From an uncultured virus (IMG/VR IMGVR_UViG_3300038427_000461) (lineage: Duplodnaviria > Heunggongvirae > Uroviricota > Caudoviricetes), in the IMG/VR virus record IMGVR_UViG_3300038427_000461: a stretch of DNA of 64,000 bases; one strand, given 5' to 3'. Position numbers and translations under genes: made by a program. Numbering within the stretch: the stretch's first letter is position 1; the number at the start of each line of letters is the position of its first letter. Below are positions 17,509 to 26,056 of this stretch, piece after piece. The notes under the pieces are model-generated. The model did not search any database. It saw only the letters and a list, made by a program, of their open reading frames with translations, and was not told the DNA's origin.

Positions 17509-18893
17509 GCCGCCCCCGTCGCCACGTCCGCGCCGCGCCGGCCGAGCAGGTCGGCTGGGGGATGCACGTCGGCTGGATGGACGCGTACGTCTACGCGGCC
17601 GATCTGTATTGCGAGGACTGCGGTCGGGCGATCCAGGACGAGCTGAAAGACGATGGCCACGAGGACACCGGAGACAGCGAGGAGTACCCGCAGGGCCCGT
17701 ACCCGGACGGCGGCGGCGAGTCCGACGGCCCGGCGCACTGCGGCGCGGACGCGAAGTGCATCAACGCGATGACGCTCGCCGGCGTCACGATCGGCGCGTG
17801 GCTCGGCAACCCGCTCACCGAGGAGGGCGTCCGGTACCTCCAGGAGATGCTCGACGCGCCGAACCCGAGCCCGTACCAGCGAGCACTGCACGACTTCTGG
17901 CGGCGGGTCTACGCGGACTACCTGCCGAAGGAGGAGGACGGCGGCGAGGTGGACGAGGCGCGGCGAGAGCACCTGTACGTCTGGCAGATCACGTTGCAGG
18001 TGACATCTCCCGAACGCCCCAACCTGCGCCACGATCGCCAGTACCGCGTGCAGGCACTCTCCGGCGATCGAGAGGGAGCCATCGCCAAAGCGAAAGCCAT
18101 CGCAGAACGTGACGGGCTCACGGTCGTTGACGTGACCGGAGCTGCCAGAGGCTACCGCATCCGCACCGAAGAGCTGAACGAGGCGCACACTGGCCAGAAC
18201 CAGGGTATGAGCGCCACCGCGTTCATCGAGCTGCTCTCGTCGCTGACCCCTCCCGACCGGCAGACGCGCGTCCGGTTCCAGCCGAGTATCGGCGGTGAGC
18301 GCGGCGGCGGCAGCGTCTACGTGAACTTCGTCAACCTCCCGACCAGCGCGGGACGAGCGGGCGGAGGAGCCGAGGCCGAGAACAACCGCGCGTCGTTCTG
18401 GGTCGAGGGATTTCAGTACGACCCCGCCGTCCCCGTCGCGACGGTCAAGGTCGACCAGAGTAGCAACGTCTTCCACCGGCCGTGGCTCGGGGCGCCCGGC
18501 GTCCCGTTCCGCGCGAAGACCGGGTCGCCCGACGCGGTCGCCCGGTACCTGGCCGCGTACCTGGAGAAGGTCGTCGCGACGGTGCTGCCACGCTTCACGC
18601 ACACCGCGCGCGAGCGCAGGCGCACGCGCGAAGCACGCCAGATCGTCCAGCGCTTCCTCGTTGACGACTACGTGGTGATGAGTGACGACGCGATCTCGAA
18701 CTACGGCGACCAGTGGCGCGACGTCGTGCTCGTCATTACACACGTCGCCACAAGCCACGACGACCATCCTGGATTCGACCCGAGCAGCGGTAGCGCGCTC
18801 TACGACTTCATCGTGGACAATACCGGCAAGCACGGCGCTATGTCGCTCTACGACTGGGAGCTAGAGCCGGCTCCGCGGAGGAATCGTCGATGA
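17505..18893 (+). CDS. Polyvalent multidomain protein (array gene 9)
   Basis: ATGA coupling; ADLYCEDC...ESDGPAHC domain; linkers VDEARR, LNEAH, TREAR. Confidence 0.75.
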   Translation: MSRPRRHVRAAPAEQVGWGMHVGWMDAYVYAADLYCEDCGRAIQDELKDDGHEDTGDSEEYPQGPYPDGGGESDGPAHCGADAKCINAMTLAGVTIGAWLGNPLTEEGVRYLQEMLDAPNPSPYQRALHDFWRRVYADYLPKEEDGGEVDEARREHLYVWQITLQVTSPERPNLRHDRQYRVQALSGDREGAIAKAKAIAERDGLTVVDVTGAARGYRIRTEELNEAHTGQNQGMSATAFIELLSSLTPPDRQTRVRFQPSIGGERGGGSVYVNFVNLPTSAGRAGGGAEAENNRASFWVEGFQYDPAVPVATVKVDQSSNVFHRPWLGAPGVPFRAKTGSPDAVARYLAAYLEKVVATVLPRFTHTARERRRTREARQIVQRFLVDDYVVMSDDAISNYGDQWRDVVLVITHVATSHDDHPGFDPSSGSALYDFIVDNTGKHGAMSLYDWELEPAPRRNRR

Positions 18894-20467
18894 GCCGTCC
18901 CGAACCGCTGTACCGCTACCTCGCCCTCTCGCAGGAGTCCTACAACTCGATGCTGGCCGGCGAGGAGGACGGTGGCTCGTGGGAGGGCCCGTTCGTGACC
19001 GAGGACGACGCGCGCCAGTTCGTCGAGAGCGAGTACGGCGTGACGGCGATGGTCGTGGACCTCGGCGAGGCGGGGGCGCGAGAGTGGAACCGCCTGACCG
19101 ACGAGGGGTCCACGCCGAGTGAGCTGGCAGACCTGCTGCGCCAGGGCACGGTGCTCGGGGTGCACGTGGCGGATGGCGGGTGGGAGCAAGCGATGGAGGA
19201 AGCCGTGAACCGACGCAAACCGAAGCGCGCGACGAAGCGCGAGCCCACGCCCGAAGAGGAGGGCCAGCAGGTCCTCGTGGACGCCGCAAAAGCCGGCGCC
19301 GACTACGCCAAGGACCAGGTGGGCGGTTCGTATTTCCGCGACTGGGTCTGGGAGCAGATGGTCGAGGGCGAGGCGATGAGGAAGCGCGACCCGGCGAGCG
19401 TCATCCCGCTCGAGACGCCGAGCGACGCGAAGAAGCTCGCCCGCAACATGTTGCAGCAGCTCGAGTGGGACACCAAGCGCGACATGGAGGCGAGCGCGAT
19501 CCTCGAGCTGTCCGGCGCCAAGGGCGTCTTCGACGTCGGCAGCGCCGACTGGGTGCGGGACAAGTACGGCATCACCTACGAGGAGGTGAGTGATAATTTC
19601 TTCGACGCCTTCGTCGAGGAGCTGAAGAACCCGATCACCGTCCACTGGCTGACCGACCTCGTCCTGACGGACCTCGACGAGGTGCGCGGTACCCCGAAGA
19701 GCAAGGTGGTAGCGCGAGAACGTCCGACGGTTCGCGCCGACCGACAGTCCATGCTCAGCACGTCGGCCGACATGAAGTGGCTGCGCGACGTACACCTGCC
19801 CGACCTGGACTTGAAGAAGTACCGCTCGGCCGTCCTGCACGGGAACGAGGACTACCCCACCCGGATCGAGGTCTACACGAGTCGGAATCCGACCGTCGAT
19901 GATCGACCCGTGACGTACGAACCGGACAGCGAGGGGAAGTACCACCCGATCGGTGGCGGCGTGAGCGAGGCCCGACGGCGCCGACCGATAGTGCGCGGCG
20001 ACGCGCACAAAAAACTCGTGTTCGCCGCCAGCTCGCGCGGCGGCAAGTACCGCGTCGAGGTCTACGATGATGGTGACGGCACGTTCAGCTACCGCACGTT
20101 CACTTCGTCGTCGGGGACTGGAGGGGGCGCCAGCCAACCGCTCAGCACGATGCGCGACCGTGCTCGGAAGTTCGTGTCGGGCGAGTGGGATGGTGTGAAG
20201 TACAGCACGGTCGAGCGCGACGACCTCGGGTGGTTGAAGTCAGCCGGACACGCCAGCGAGTCTCGCCGCCCCGTCGTCCGCGACTACGTCGCCGTCGACC
20301 CGCGAGGCCGCAAGGTCGCGGGCCCCTTCACCGACTACGGCGACGCGAAGCGGGAGGCCGACCGCGCGCGCGGCTTCGTCCGGTTCGCGTCCGGGACCCG
20401 CGAGGCCTCGCGGCCGCCGGCGAGGGGACGGGCACGGGTGTCGAGACCGCGGCGGCCGACGCGCTGA
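18890..20467 (+). CDS. Polyvalent multidomain protein (array gene 10)
   Basis: ATGA coupling; linkers MEEAVNRR, VSEARRRR, ASESRR, TREASR. Confidence 0.75.
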   Translation: MSRPEPLYRYLALSQESYNSMLAGEEDGGSWEGPFVTEDDARQFVESEYGVTAMVVDLGEAGAREWNRLTDEGSTPSELADLLRQGTVLGVHVADGGWEQAMEEAVNRRKPKRATKREPTPEEEGQQVLVDAAKAGADYAKDQVGGSYFRDWVWEQMVEGEAMRKRDPASVIPLETPSDAKKLARNMLQQLEWDTKRDMEASAILELSGAKGVFDVGSADWVRDKYGITYEEVSDNFFDAFVEELKNPITVHWLTDLVLTDLDEVRGTPKSKVVARERPTVRADRQSMLSTSADMKWLRDVHLPDLDLKKYRSAVLHGNEDYPTRIEVYTSRNPTVDDRPVTYEPDSEGKYHPIGGGVSEARRRRPIVRGDAHKKLVFAASSRGGKYRVEVYDDGDGTFSYRTFTSSSGTGGGASQPLSTMRDRARKFVSGEWDGVKYSTVERDDLGWLKSAGHASESRRPVVRDYVAVDPRGRKVAGPFTDYGDAKREADRARGFVRFASGTREASRPPARGRARVSRPRRPTR

Positions 20468-20496
20468 GCTTCTCCTGGCGTGGTAACCTGTCCCGC

Positions 20497-20940
20497 ATGG
20501 AACGCCGGTCCCTGCTCAAGTCGCTGCTGCTGTCCCCGCTCGCATTCTTGCGACCGAAGCAGCCAGGCGGCGAGGCGGGTACTCGACTGACGGGTATCCG
20601 GCAGTACGTCGAGCTGAACAATATACAGCTACCCCACGAGGTGCCGTACGGTGCCGACCTCCGCACCGGCGATGGGGAGTGCTTGCCCGAGGTGCGGTGG
20701 GACTCGCTCAGCGAGGAAGAGCAGCGCGTGCTCACCTTCGCGTCGACTGCGTTCGACGGGAATGCAGGAGCCGTGTTCCCGATCACCAGGCAAAACGCCA
20801 GAAGTAGGGCGCAAGACCGGCTGTACCGACTGGGCCTCTTGACCTTCACGTCGAAGGTGCCGGATCACAAGTTCGACTTGTGCGGCTGGTACACCATCTC
20901 GCACTACGGCCGCGGGATCGTGCCGGCGAACGTCGGCTGA
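20497..20940 (+). CDS. Hypothetical protein
   Basis: TGgTAACCT -10 7 nt before ATG; MERRSLLK start. Confidence 0.5.
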   Translation: MERRSLLKSLLLSPLAFLRPKQPGGEAGTRLTGIRQYVELNNIQLPHEVPYGADLRTGDGECLPEVRWDSLSEEEQRVLTFASTAFDGNAGAVFPITRQNARSRAQDRLYRLGLLTFTSKVPDHKFDLCGWYTISHYGRGIVPANVG

Positions 20941-20946
20941 AACGCG

Positions 20947-21174
20947 ATGCGGATCCTCACCGACGAAGAGCGAACGGCCCTCGTCGAGGTCGGCCCTCCC
21001 GGCGATGGGCCCGTGTCCGACGCGACCTTCGCGGAGCTGGCCGCGCTCGGGTGGGGGTACTGGGCCGTCGGCCCGAGCCTCTGGGACCGCCTGACCCGGC
21101 AGCGGTACTGGTACGTCACGGCCGCGGGGCGCGCCGCGCTCGAGTACGACCGGCTCGCGCGACTTACACCGTGA
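20947..21174 (+). CDS. Small winged-HTH-like protein
   Basis: LT.EER.AL...F.ELAALG...YVTAAGRAAL. Confidence 0.45.
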   Translation: MRILTDEERTALVEVGPPGDGPVSDATFAELAALGWGYWAVGPSLWDRLTRQRYWYVTAAGRAALEYDRLARLTP

Positions 21175-21463
21175 CGACGCGACGAACGGTACGAAGATCC
21201 GTGTCCGACTCCGCCAACCGAAGCTCGTAGCTCTGCTGCATGTTGAGCCAGAACTCGGGCGTGGTACCGAAGGCGCGAGCGAGCCGCAGCGCGGTGTCGG
21301 CCGTCACTGCGCGCTCACCGACGACGATTGAACTGACGCGGTTCGCGGGCACGCCGATGGCGTGCGCGAGCGCGTTCGCGCTCATCCCGAGAGGGACGAG
21401 GTACTCCTCGCGGAGGATCTCACCGGGGTGGATGGGGCGCATGGCGTTTCTTGGGGCAGGCAT
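21164..21463 (-). CDS. higA: HigA (VapI) family antitoxin
   Basis: PIHPGEILREEYL.PLGMSANALA.AIGVPANRVS.IV.G.RAVTADTALRLARAFGTTPEFWLNMQ. Confidence 0.93.
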   Translation of the reverse strand: MPAPRNAMRPIHPGEILREEYLVPLGMSANALAHAIGVPANRVSSIVVGERAVTADTALRLARAFGTTPEFWLNMQQSYELRLAESDTDLRTVRRVVTV

Positions 21464-21476
21464 GACGAGACTCCTA

Positions 21477-21590
21477 TCAGTGGTAGTCGACGACCTCGAC
21501 ATCTTCAGGACCCGTAGGGGTCCAGCGAAAGCACACGCGGAACTGGTCGTTGACTCGGATCGAGTGTTGCCCCACCCGATCCTTGCTGAG
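21477..21590 (-). pseudogene. higB: HigB toxin C-terminal remnant
   Basis: Manual translation gives LSKDRVGQHSIRVNDQFRVCFRWTPTGPEDVEVVDYH*; N-terminal half absent; in-frame TGA at 21612-21614. Confidence 0.85.
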
Positions 21591-21611
21591 CGGACGCTGT
21601 CGACCGAGGCG

Positions 21612-21947
21612 TCAGCCGCTCGGGAAGCACGCGCACACGGTCGCGCCCCTGGTCTGGCACGACTGCCCCGCCGGGCACCGCCCGCCGCACACGTGGGCCC
21701 TGTCGAACGCGCAGGAGGCGCCCGCGTCAGGCTCCACGCACGCGCACACCGTGGGGCTCGGGGAGGTGCACTGCTGGGTGCCCGGGCACGTCCCGCCGCA
21801 CGTCCCCGCGTCACTGAAGCCGCACGTGACGGTGGGCGGAGGAGGGGGAGGCTGCGGGGGCGTCGGCGGGCACCCGAGCGCCAGCGCGACGAGGACGAGG
21901 CCGGCCGAGACCCAGCCGACCAGGAAACCGCGGACGTCCGGGTTCAT
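21612..21947 (-). CDS. Cys-rich lipoprotein with DAG motifs (myxobacterial style)
   Basis: Lipobox LALGC, Pro linker, two CGG.CP..Q.C......CAC repeats, SDAG/PDAG. Confidence 0.7.
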   Translation of the reverse strand: MNPDVRGFLVGWVSAGLVLVALALGCPPTPPQPPPPPPTVTCGFSDAGTCGGTCPGTQQCTSPSPTVCACVEPDAGASCAFDRAHVCGGRCPAGQSCQTRGATVCACFPSG

Positions 21948-22249
21948 CGCCGTCTCCCTCGGAGAGGAGGTCGCCCCCGACGAGCTTCGAGGACCGGCCG
22001 CGCCGCGGGCTCCTCGTCGCCCTTGATGATCGTCACGTCGCCGCTCTCGATCGCCCCGAGCACCATCCCGGCGGTCTCGACCGCGTGCTGCGCGTTGCGA
22101 GCCGGGAAGGTCACGCGCATCAGCTCCTGCGCCCACGGCTGCGGCCCGTACGGACCGGCGCTCATCGCGCGCAGCCCGAGCATCCGTTCGAGCCGCTCCA
22201 CGGAGCCCGCGTCGTGTCGGAAGACTGCGTCGACCTGGTAGTGGCGCAT
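21944..22249 (-). CDS. Hypothetical protein
   Basis: Closely packed in operon; ATGA overlap with downstream gene. Confidence 0.45.
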   Translation of the reverse strand: MRHYQVDAVFRHDAGSVERLERMLGLRAMSAGPYGPQPWAQELMRVTFPARNAQHAVETAGMVLGAIESGDVTIIKGDEEPAARPVLEARRGRPPLRGRRR

Positions 22250-22252
22250 CGC

Positions 22253-22501
22253 TCACCTCGCTCCCGCGTCGCAGGGTACCCCGCAGCTCACGACCGTCCC
22301 GCCATTGCCGAGGCACGTCGCCCACGCGGGCGCCGCGTCGCTCGCCAGCTCGGCGGTGACGCTCGCGAGCCCCGAGTCCGAGGCCGCCATGCACCCGCCG
22401 TCGACCAGCGCCCCGTAGGCGTACGCGGCCCCCGAGTGCGCCGGTTGCGGCGGCGTGGTGGTGCAGGCCACCGCGGCGAGCGCGAGCGCGGCGAGCCTCA
22501 C
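22253..22501 (-). CDS. Small lipoprotein
   Basis: GTGA overlap; LAALALAAVAC lipobox; ends CDAGAR. Confidence 0.6.
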   Translation of the reverse strand: MRLAALALAAVACTTTPPQPAHSGAAYAYGALVDGGCMAASDSGLASVTAELASDAAPAWATCLGNGGTVVSCGVPCDAGAR

Positions 22502-23568
22502 GACGCGACCGGACCCAGTCCCGCGACGGCCGCCTGGAGCTGCGGCCCCACGACCGACTTCTCGAGGAGGGCGTCCTGCGGGTCGATGACGGCCGCCACC
22601 GCCGCCTGCACGCCCGTGACCTGCGCGGCCGTCAGCAGGCCCGTCGGCGGGGGCGCGGGGGGCGGGGCCGGCGGGGCGACCTTCGGGGGGAACGTCGCCG
22701 CAAGGGCATTCACGATAGAAGCGTTCCCCCCGAGAGCGACCCACGCCGCCGCCTGATCAGTGATGTGTCGGCCGTGCGAGTCGTACCCGGTGGCCTTGTT
22801 GAACTGCAGCGGGGAGAACGTCACGAAGCACTCCGGATCCACCGAGACGACGAAGGCCGGAGAAACCCAGCACCATCCGCCCCACGTCCAGAGACGGTAG
22901 AAGCCGTTGAGGTTCACTTCGTTGACGATCGTGGTCTCGCCGCCGACGTCCGAGAGGGGGGTGTAGTGACCGTTGTTCGGATCCGGCGTCATCGCGTCGG
23001 CCCACACGGTGCCGGTAGCGAACCCCTGGAGGAACGCATCCGGGACAGACCACGCCATGTGCACGCCGTAGAACTGGTCGTTGCAGTATTGCGCCAGCGG
23101 CGCGTTGGTCACGTCCACGTCGAGGTGATCGACGACGATGTCCGTTGGATCGTTCGCGACGCCGCCGCCCGCCACCGTGGCGATGCCGCCCGACCCCACG
23201 AGCATGTCCTCGTCGGTCCCGTTGTCGCCGCCCGACTTCTGCTCGTACTGCGCGACGAGCGACGCCTGGTTGATCACGATCGCGATGAACCCCGACTTGC
23301 CCTGTCCGTAAGTCCGAATCTGGCTCATGTGGGCCATCATCACCGGCCCGCAGTCTCCTACGGTGTCGTTACCGAGCATCGGGCAGGAGACCGTCGCGTT
23401 GCCCGTGTTGTCGACCGGGAGAATCGTCGCCGGCACCGCTTTGGGCAGCGACGCCTTCGCCATCGGCCGCTTTCGCCGCATGGTGTCGCGGTGGACGAAG
23501 TGAACCCACGTCCCGCCGTTGTGCTTCGGGAGGTGCTTCTTGACGGTCGTGGCTGTCTTCGTGGTCAT
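22498..23568 (-). CDS. Papain-like cysteine peptidase candidate
   Basis: MLGND.VGDC (Cys), DNG, GHY (His), TWG motifs in C1-like order. Confidence 0.55.
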   Translation of the reverse strand: MTTKTATTVKKHLPKHNGGTWVHFVHRDTMRRKRPMAKASLPKAVPATILPVDNTGNATVSCPMLGNDTVGDCGPVMMAHMSQIRTYGQGKSGFIAIVINQASLVAQYEQKSGGDNGTDEDMLVGSGGIATVAGGGVANDPTDIVVDHLDVDVTNAPLAQYCNDQFYGVHMAWSVPDAFLQGFATGTVWADAMTPDPNNGHYTPLSDVGGETTIVNEVNLNGFYRLWTWGGWCWVSPAFVVSVDPECFVTFSPLQFNKATGYDSHGRHITDQAAAWVALGGNASIVNALAATFPPKVAPPAPPPAPPPTGLLTAAQVTGVQAAVAAVIDPQDALLEKSVVGPQLQAAVAGLGPVAS

Positions 23569-23626
23569 GCGGCGACCTCCTCCGATGCGGCGCCCGCGAT
23601 GCGCGAGCACCATGTGATGAACTCTA

Positions 23627-24499
23627 CTAGAGCGACGCGCGGACCGATCGCGCGATCGAGACGGCGCGCGGCGACGGGCGGCCGCCGGCGAACTCGGCGA
23701 CGAGCTTGCCGGCTTCCGGCGACAGCACCCAGCCGGACTTCTTCGAGGCCGCGATCTTCTCGCCGAGCTTCTGCTGCATCGCGAGCGCCGCCGGCTGCGT
23801 CGCGGGCGGGATGGCCCCGACGAGCTGCAGGAAGTTGATCGCGGCCTGGATGATCGAGTCGGCAGCCGCCACGTCCCCCGCGAGGGCCGGGTCGAGCGCC
23901 TCGACGGCCTGCTCGATGGCGGTGAGCGCGACCCCGTTCTCGAGGTCGGTGAGGACGGTCTTCTCGACGGACGTCCAGACCGGCGACCCCCCGCAGCCCG
24001 CCTGCGTGGTCACGAGGCTGCCGAGCCCCCCGAGCAGCAGCACCACGCCGGCCGCCTTGGCCACCGCCTTCGCGGCCTCCGCCAACCGCAGCCGCGTGAG
24101 CTTCGGCTGGACGGTGTGCACGTGCGCGACGACTCCGGCACCGAGACCGGTGAGCGCGAGGAGACCCGCGAGCAAGGCGTTGAACCACCCGGTCGCGTCC
24201 TGCGTGGGCGCAGCCACGATCGACTGGACGAACGCGGTCAGGAAGGACCCGAAGAGCGTCAGGTACGGGAGCCAGGTCTGCGGGACGACCACGATCCCGA
24301 AGAGGGACCCCGTGCTCACGGCCTGCGCGACGTAGCCGGCGAGCACCGAGAGGAGCGCGATCACGACCGTGGTCGGGGTGAGGGCGATCACGACGGAGGC
24401 TGCCGGCGCGGCCGTCGCAGCGAACGCGGTGGCAGCAAAAAGGAGTGTCGCAGTCAGGAGGAGCGCCCGGAGCAGTCTCGTCACGAGGGTTCGTCGCAT
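23627..24499 (-). CDS. Multi-pass membrane protein (holin/spanin-like candidate)
   Basis: Signal peptide plus several hydrophobic helices; promoter TTGACG-18-TAGCCT 6 nt before ATG. Confidence 0.6.
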   Translation of the reverse strand: MRRTLVTRLLRALLLTATLLFAATAFAATAAPAASVVIALTPTTVVIALLSVLAGYVAQAVSTGSLFGIVVVPQTWLPYLTLFGSFLTAFVQSIVAAPTQDATGWFNALLAGLLALTGLGAGVVAHVHTVQPKLTRLRLAEAAKAVAKAAGVVLLLGGLGSLVTTQAGCGGSPVWTSVEKTVLTDLENGVALTAIEQAVEALDPALAGDVAAADSIIQAAINFLQLVGAIPPATQPAALAMQQKLGEKIAASKKSGWVLSPEAGKLVAEFAGGRPSPRAVSIARSVRASL

Positions 24500-24614
24500 G
24501 CCGAGAGGCTATCCGGCCCTACCAATGAACGTCAAGAAGCAGGAAACCAACAGCAAAAAGTAGCACGGCTACGCCTCTAAAGTCCGCAGACGGGGCTTCG
24601 GAAGCTTAGGTCAA

Positions 24615-25700
24615 TCACCCCACGCTCAAGCCGAGCGCTTCAATATTCAACGCTGCGTTCTCGTCCCGATGAAGAACGAGCCCGCAGTCGTCGCACCGAT
24701 GCTCACGCTCCGAAAGATCCTTGACGACGGTTCTTCCGCAGCCCGAGCACCGCTGCGACGTCCCACGCGGGTCCACCGGCACGCACCACCGACCGGCGCT
24801 CTCAGCCTTGTCGCGGAGCGCGCGGAGGAACTGTCCCCACGCAGCGTCATGAATCGATTTCGCGAGGTTGCCGCGCACCATGCGGGCAATCTCCAGGTCC
24901 TCGTGCGCGACGAGGTCGAATCGAGAGAAGAGGTCGCACGCGAGCTTGCGAGCGAAGTTGAGGCGCTGGTTGCGGATGTGCTCGTGTACGCGAGCGACGA
25001 GACGCTTGGCTTCGCGGCGCGAGTTCGACCCGCGGCGCTTGCGGGCGAGCGACCGCTGGCGCCGCGCGAGCACCTCTTCCGACGCGCGTAAGAAACGTGG
25101 GTTCTCGACACGCTCGCCCGTACTGAGTGTAGCGAATACTTCGAGACCTACGTCGACACCAACTGTAGATCGTACAGGGATCTTTGTGAGCGCCTCTCCG
25201 AGGTCGCAGACGAACGAGACATACCAACCGTGCGCCGAGCGGCCGATGCGGACCAACTTCACCGTGCCGCGCAGCTCACGGTACTTGTGGAACTTCACCA
25301 TCCCGAGCTTAGGGACGTTCAGGCGGTCGCCGTCGACTCGTGGAATCCATGATCCGAGTTCAAAGCTGTTGTACCGGTCACGAGACCGAAAACGAGGGTA
25401 TCCAGGTGTCTGTCCATCCTTTACGCGGCGGAAAAACGATTTGAATGACCGATCGATACGTGTCAACGCGCTTCGCTCAACCTCTACCGGGATTGCGGCC
25501 CATTCAGGATCTGAAGCACGAAGCTCAGTGAGTTCCTTCTGTTGACTGATACGCGTGATCGATACACGCCGCTTACTCCATGCGTCGCTACGGTGCTGAA
25601 GTGCGCCGTTGTAAAGCTGCTGGCAGGCACCTAACCACACGTTGAACGTAGCCTCCTGAACCTTCGTCGGTCGCAGTGGATAGCAGAACGTGCGAATCAT
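24615..25700 (-). CDS. tnpB: TnpB RNA-guided endonuclease 1 (IS200/IS605 family), no tnpA in window
   Basis: Y.LRPT..Q, LYN.AL, PGYPRF, RuvC-I GVDVG, RuvC-II HEDL, TSQRCS.CG...C..CG, RuvC-III RDENAA. Confidence 0.93.
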   Translation of the reverse strand: MIRTFCYPLRPTKVQEATFNVWLGACQQLYNGALQHRSDAWSKRRVSITRISQQKELTELRASDPEWAAIPVEVERSALTRIDRSFKSFFRRVKDGQTPGYPRFRSRDRYNSFELGSWIPRVDGDRLNVPKLGMVKFHKYRELRGTVKLVRIGRSAHGWYVSFVCDLGEALTKIPVRSTVGVDVGLEVFATLSTGERVENPRFLRASEEVLARRQRSLARKRRGSNSRREAKRLVARVHEHIRNQRLNFARKLACDLFSRFDLVAHEDLEIARMVRGNLAKSIHDAAWGQFLRALRDKAESAGRWCVPVDPRGTSQRCSGCGRTVVKDLSEREHRCDDCGLVLHRDENAALNIEALGLSVG

Positions 25701-25741
25701 GCTCCAGGCGCCTTCCGGCCGTCCCGCATCGACGCCATCGT

Positions 25742-26056
25742 CTAGCGCAGCTCGTCGGGCGGGAAGTGGACGACGCCATCCTCGGCGTGGCCGGCGGGCT
25801 CGACGCGCGCGTTCAAAAGGAGCGGGGACGGGACCCGCTGGCACGCCTCGATCTCGTCGCGACCGTAGACGAAGAGCACCTTGTCGTCCTTCCCCGCCTC
25901 GTCCCGCGTCGTCACCCGGAACCGGAGCGCCACCACGGGTTCGGACGGCTCCTCCTCCTCTTCCTCCTCTTCCGGCTCCCGCTCCGGGAAACTGGAGGAG
26001 GGGTCCGGACGGATGTACGTGTCGAGCTTGCCCTTGAGCCAACCGATGACCTTCAT
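25742..26056 (-). CDS. Hypothetical protein with poly-Glu tract
   Basis: AAGGAG RBS before MKVIGWLK. Confidence 0.5.
   Translation of the reverse strand: MKVIGWLKGKLDTYIRPDPSSSFPEREPEEEEEEEEPSEPVVALRFRVTTRDEAGKDDKVLFVYGRDEIEACQRVPSPLLLNARVEPAGHAEDGVVHFPPDELR

Noticed and set aside
21612..25744. Stop-codon reassignment suggested by in-frame continuation after TAG at 25742 and TGA at 21612
   Set aside because: TAG and TGA terminate many clearly complete genes in the window; no genome-wide recoding signal
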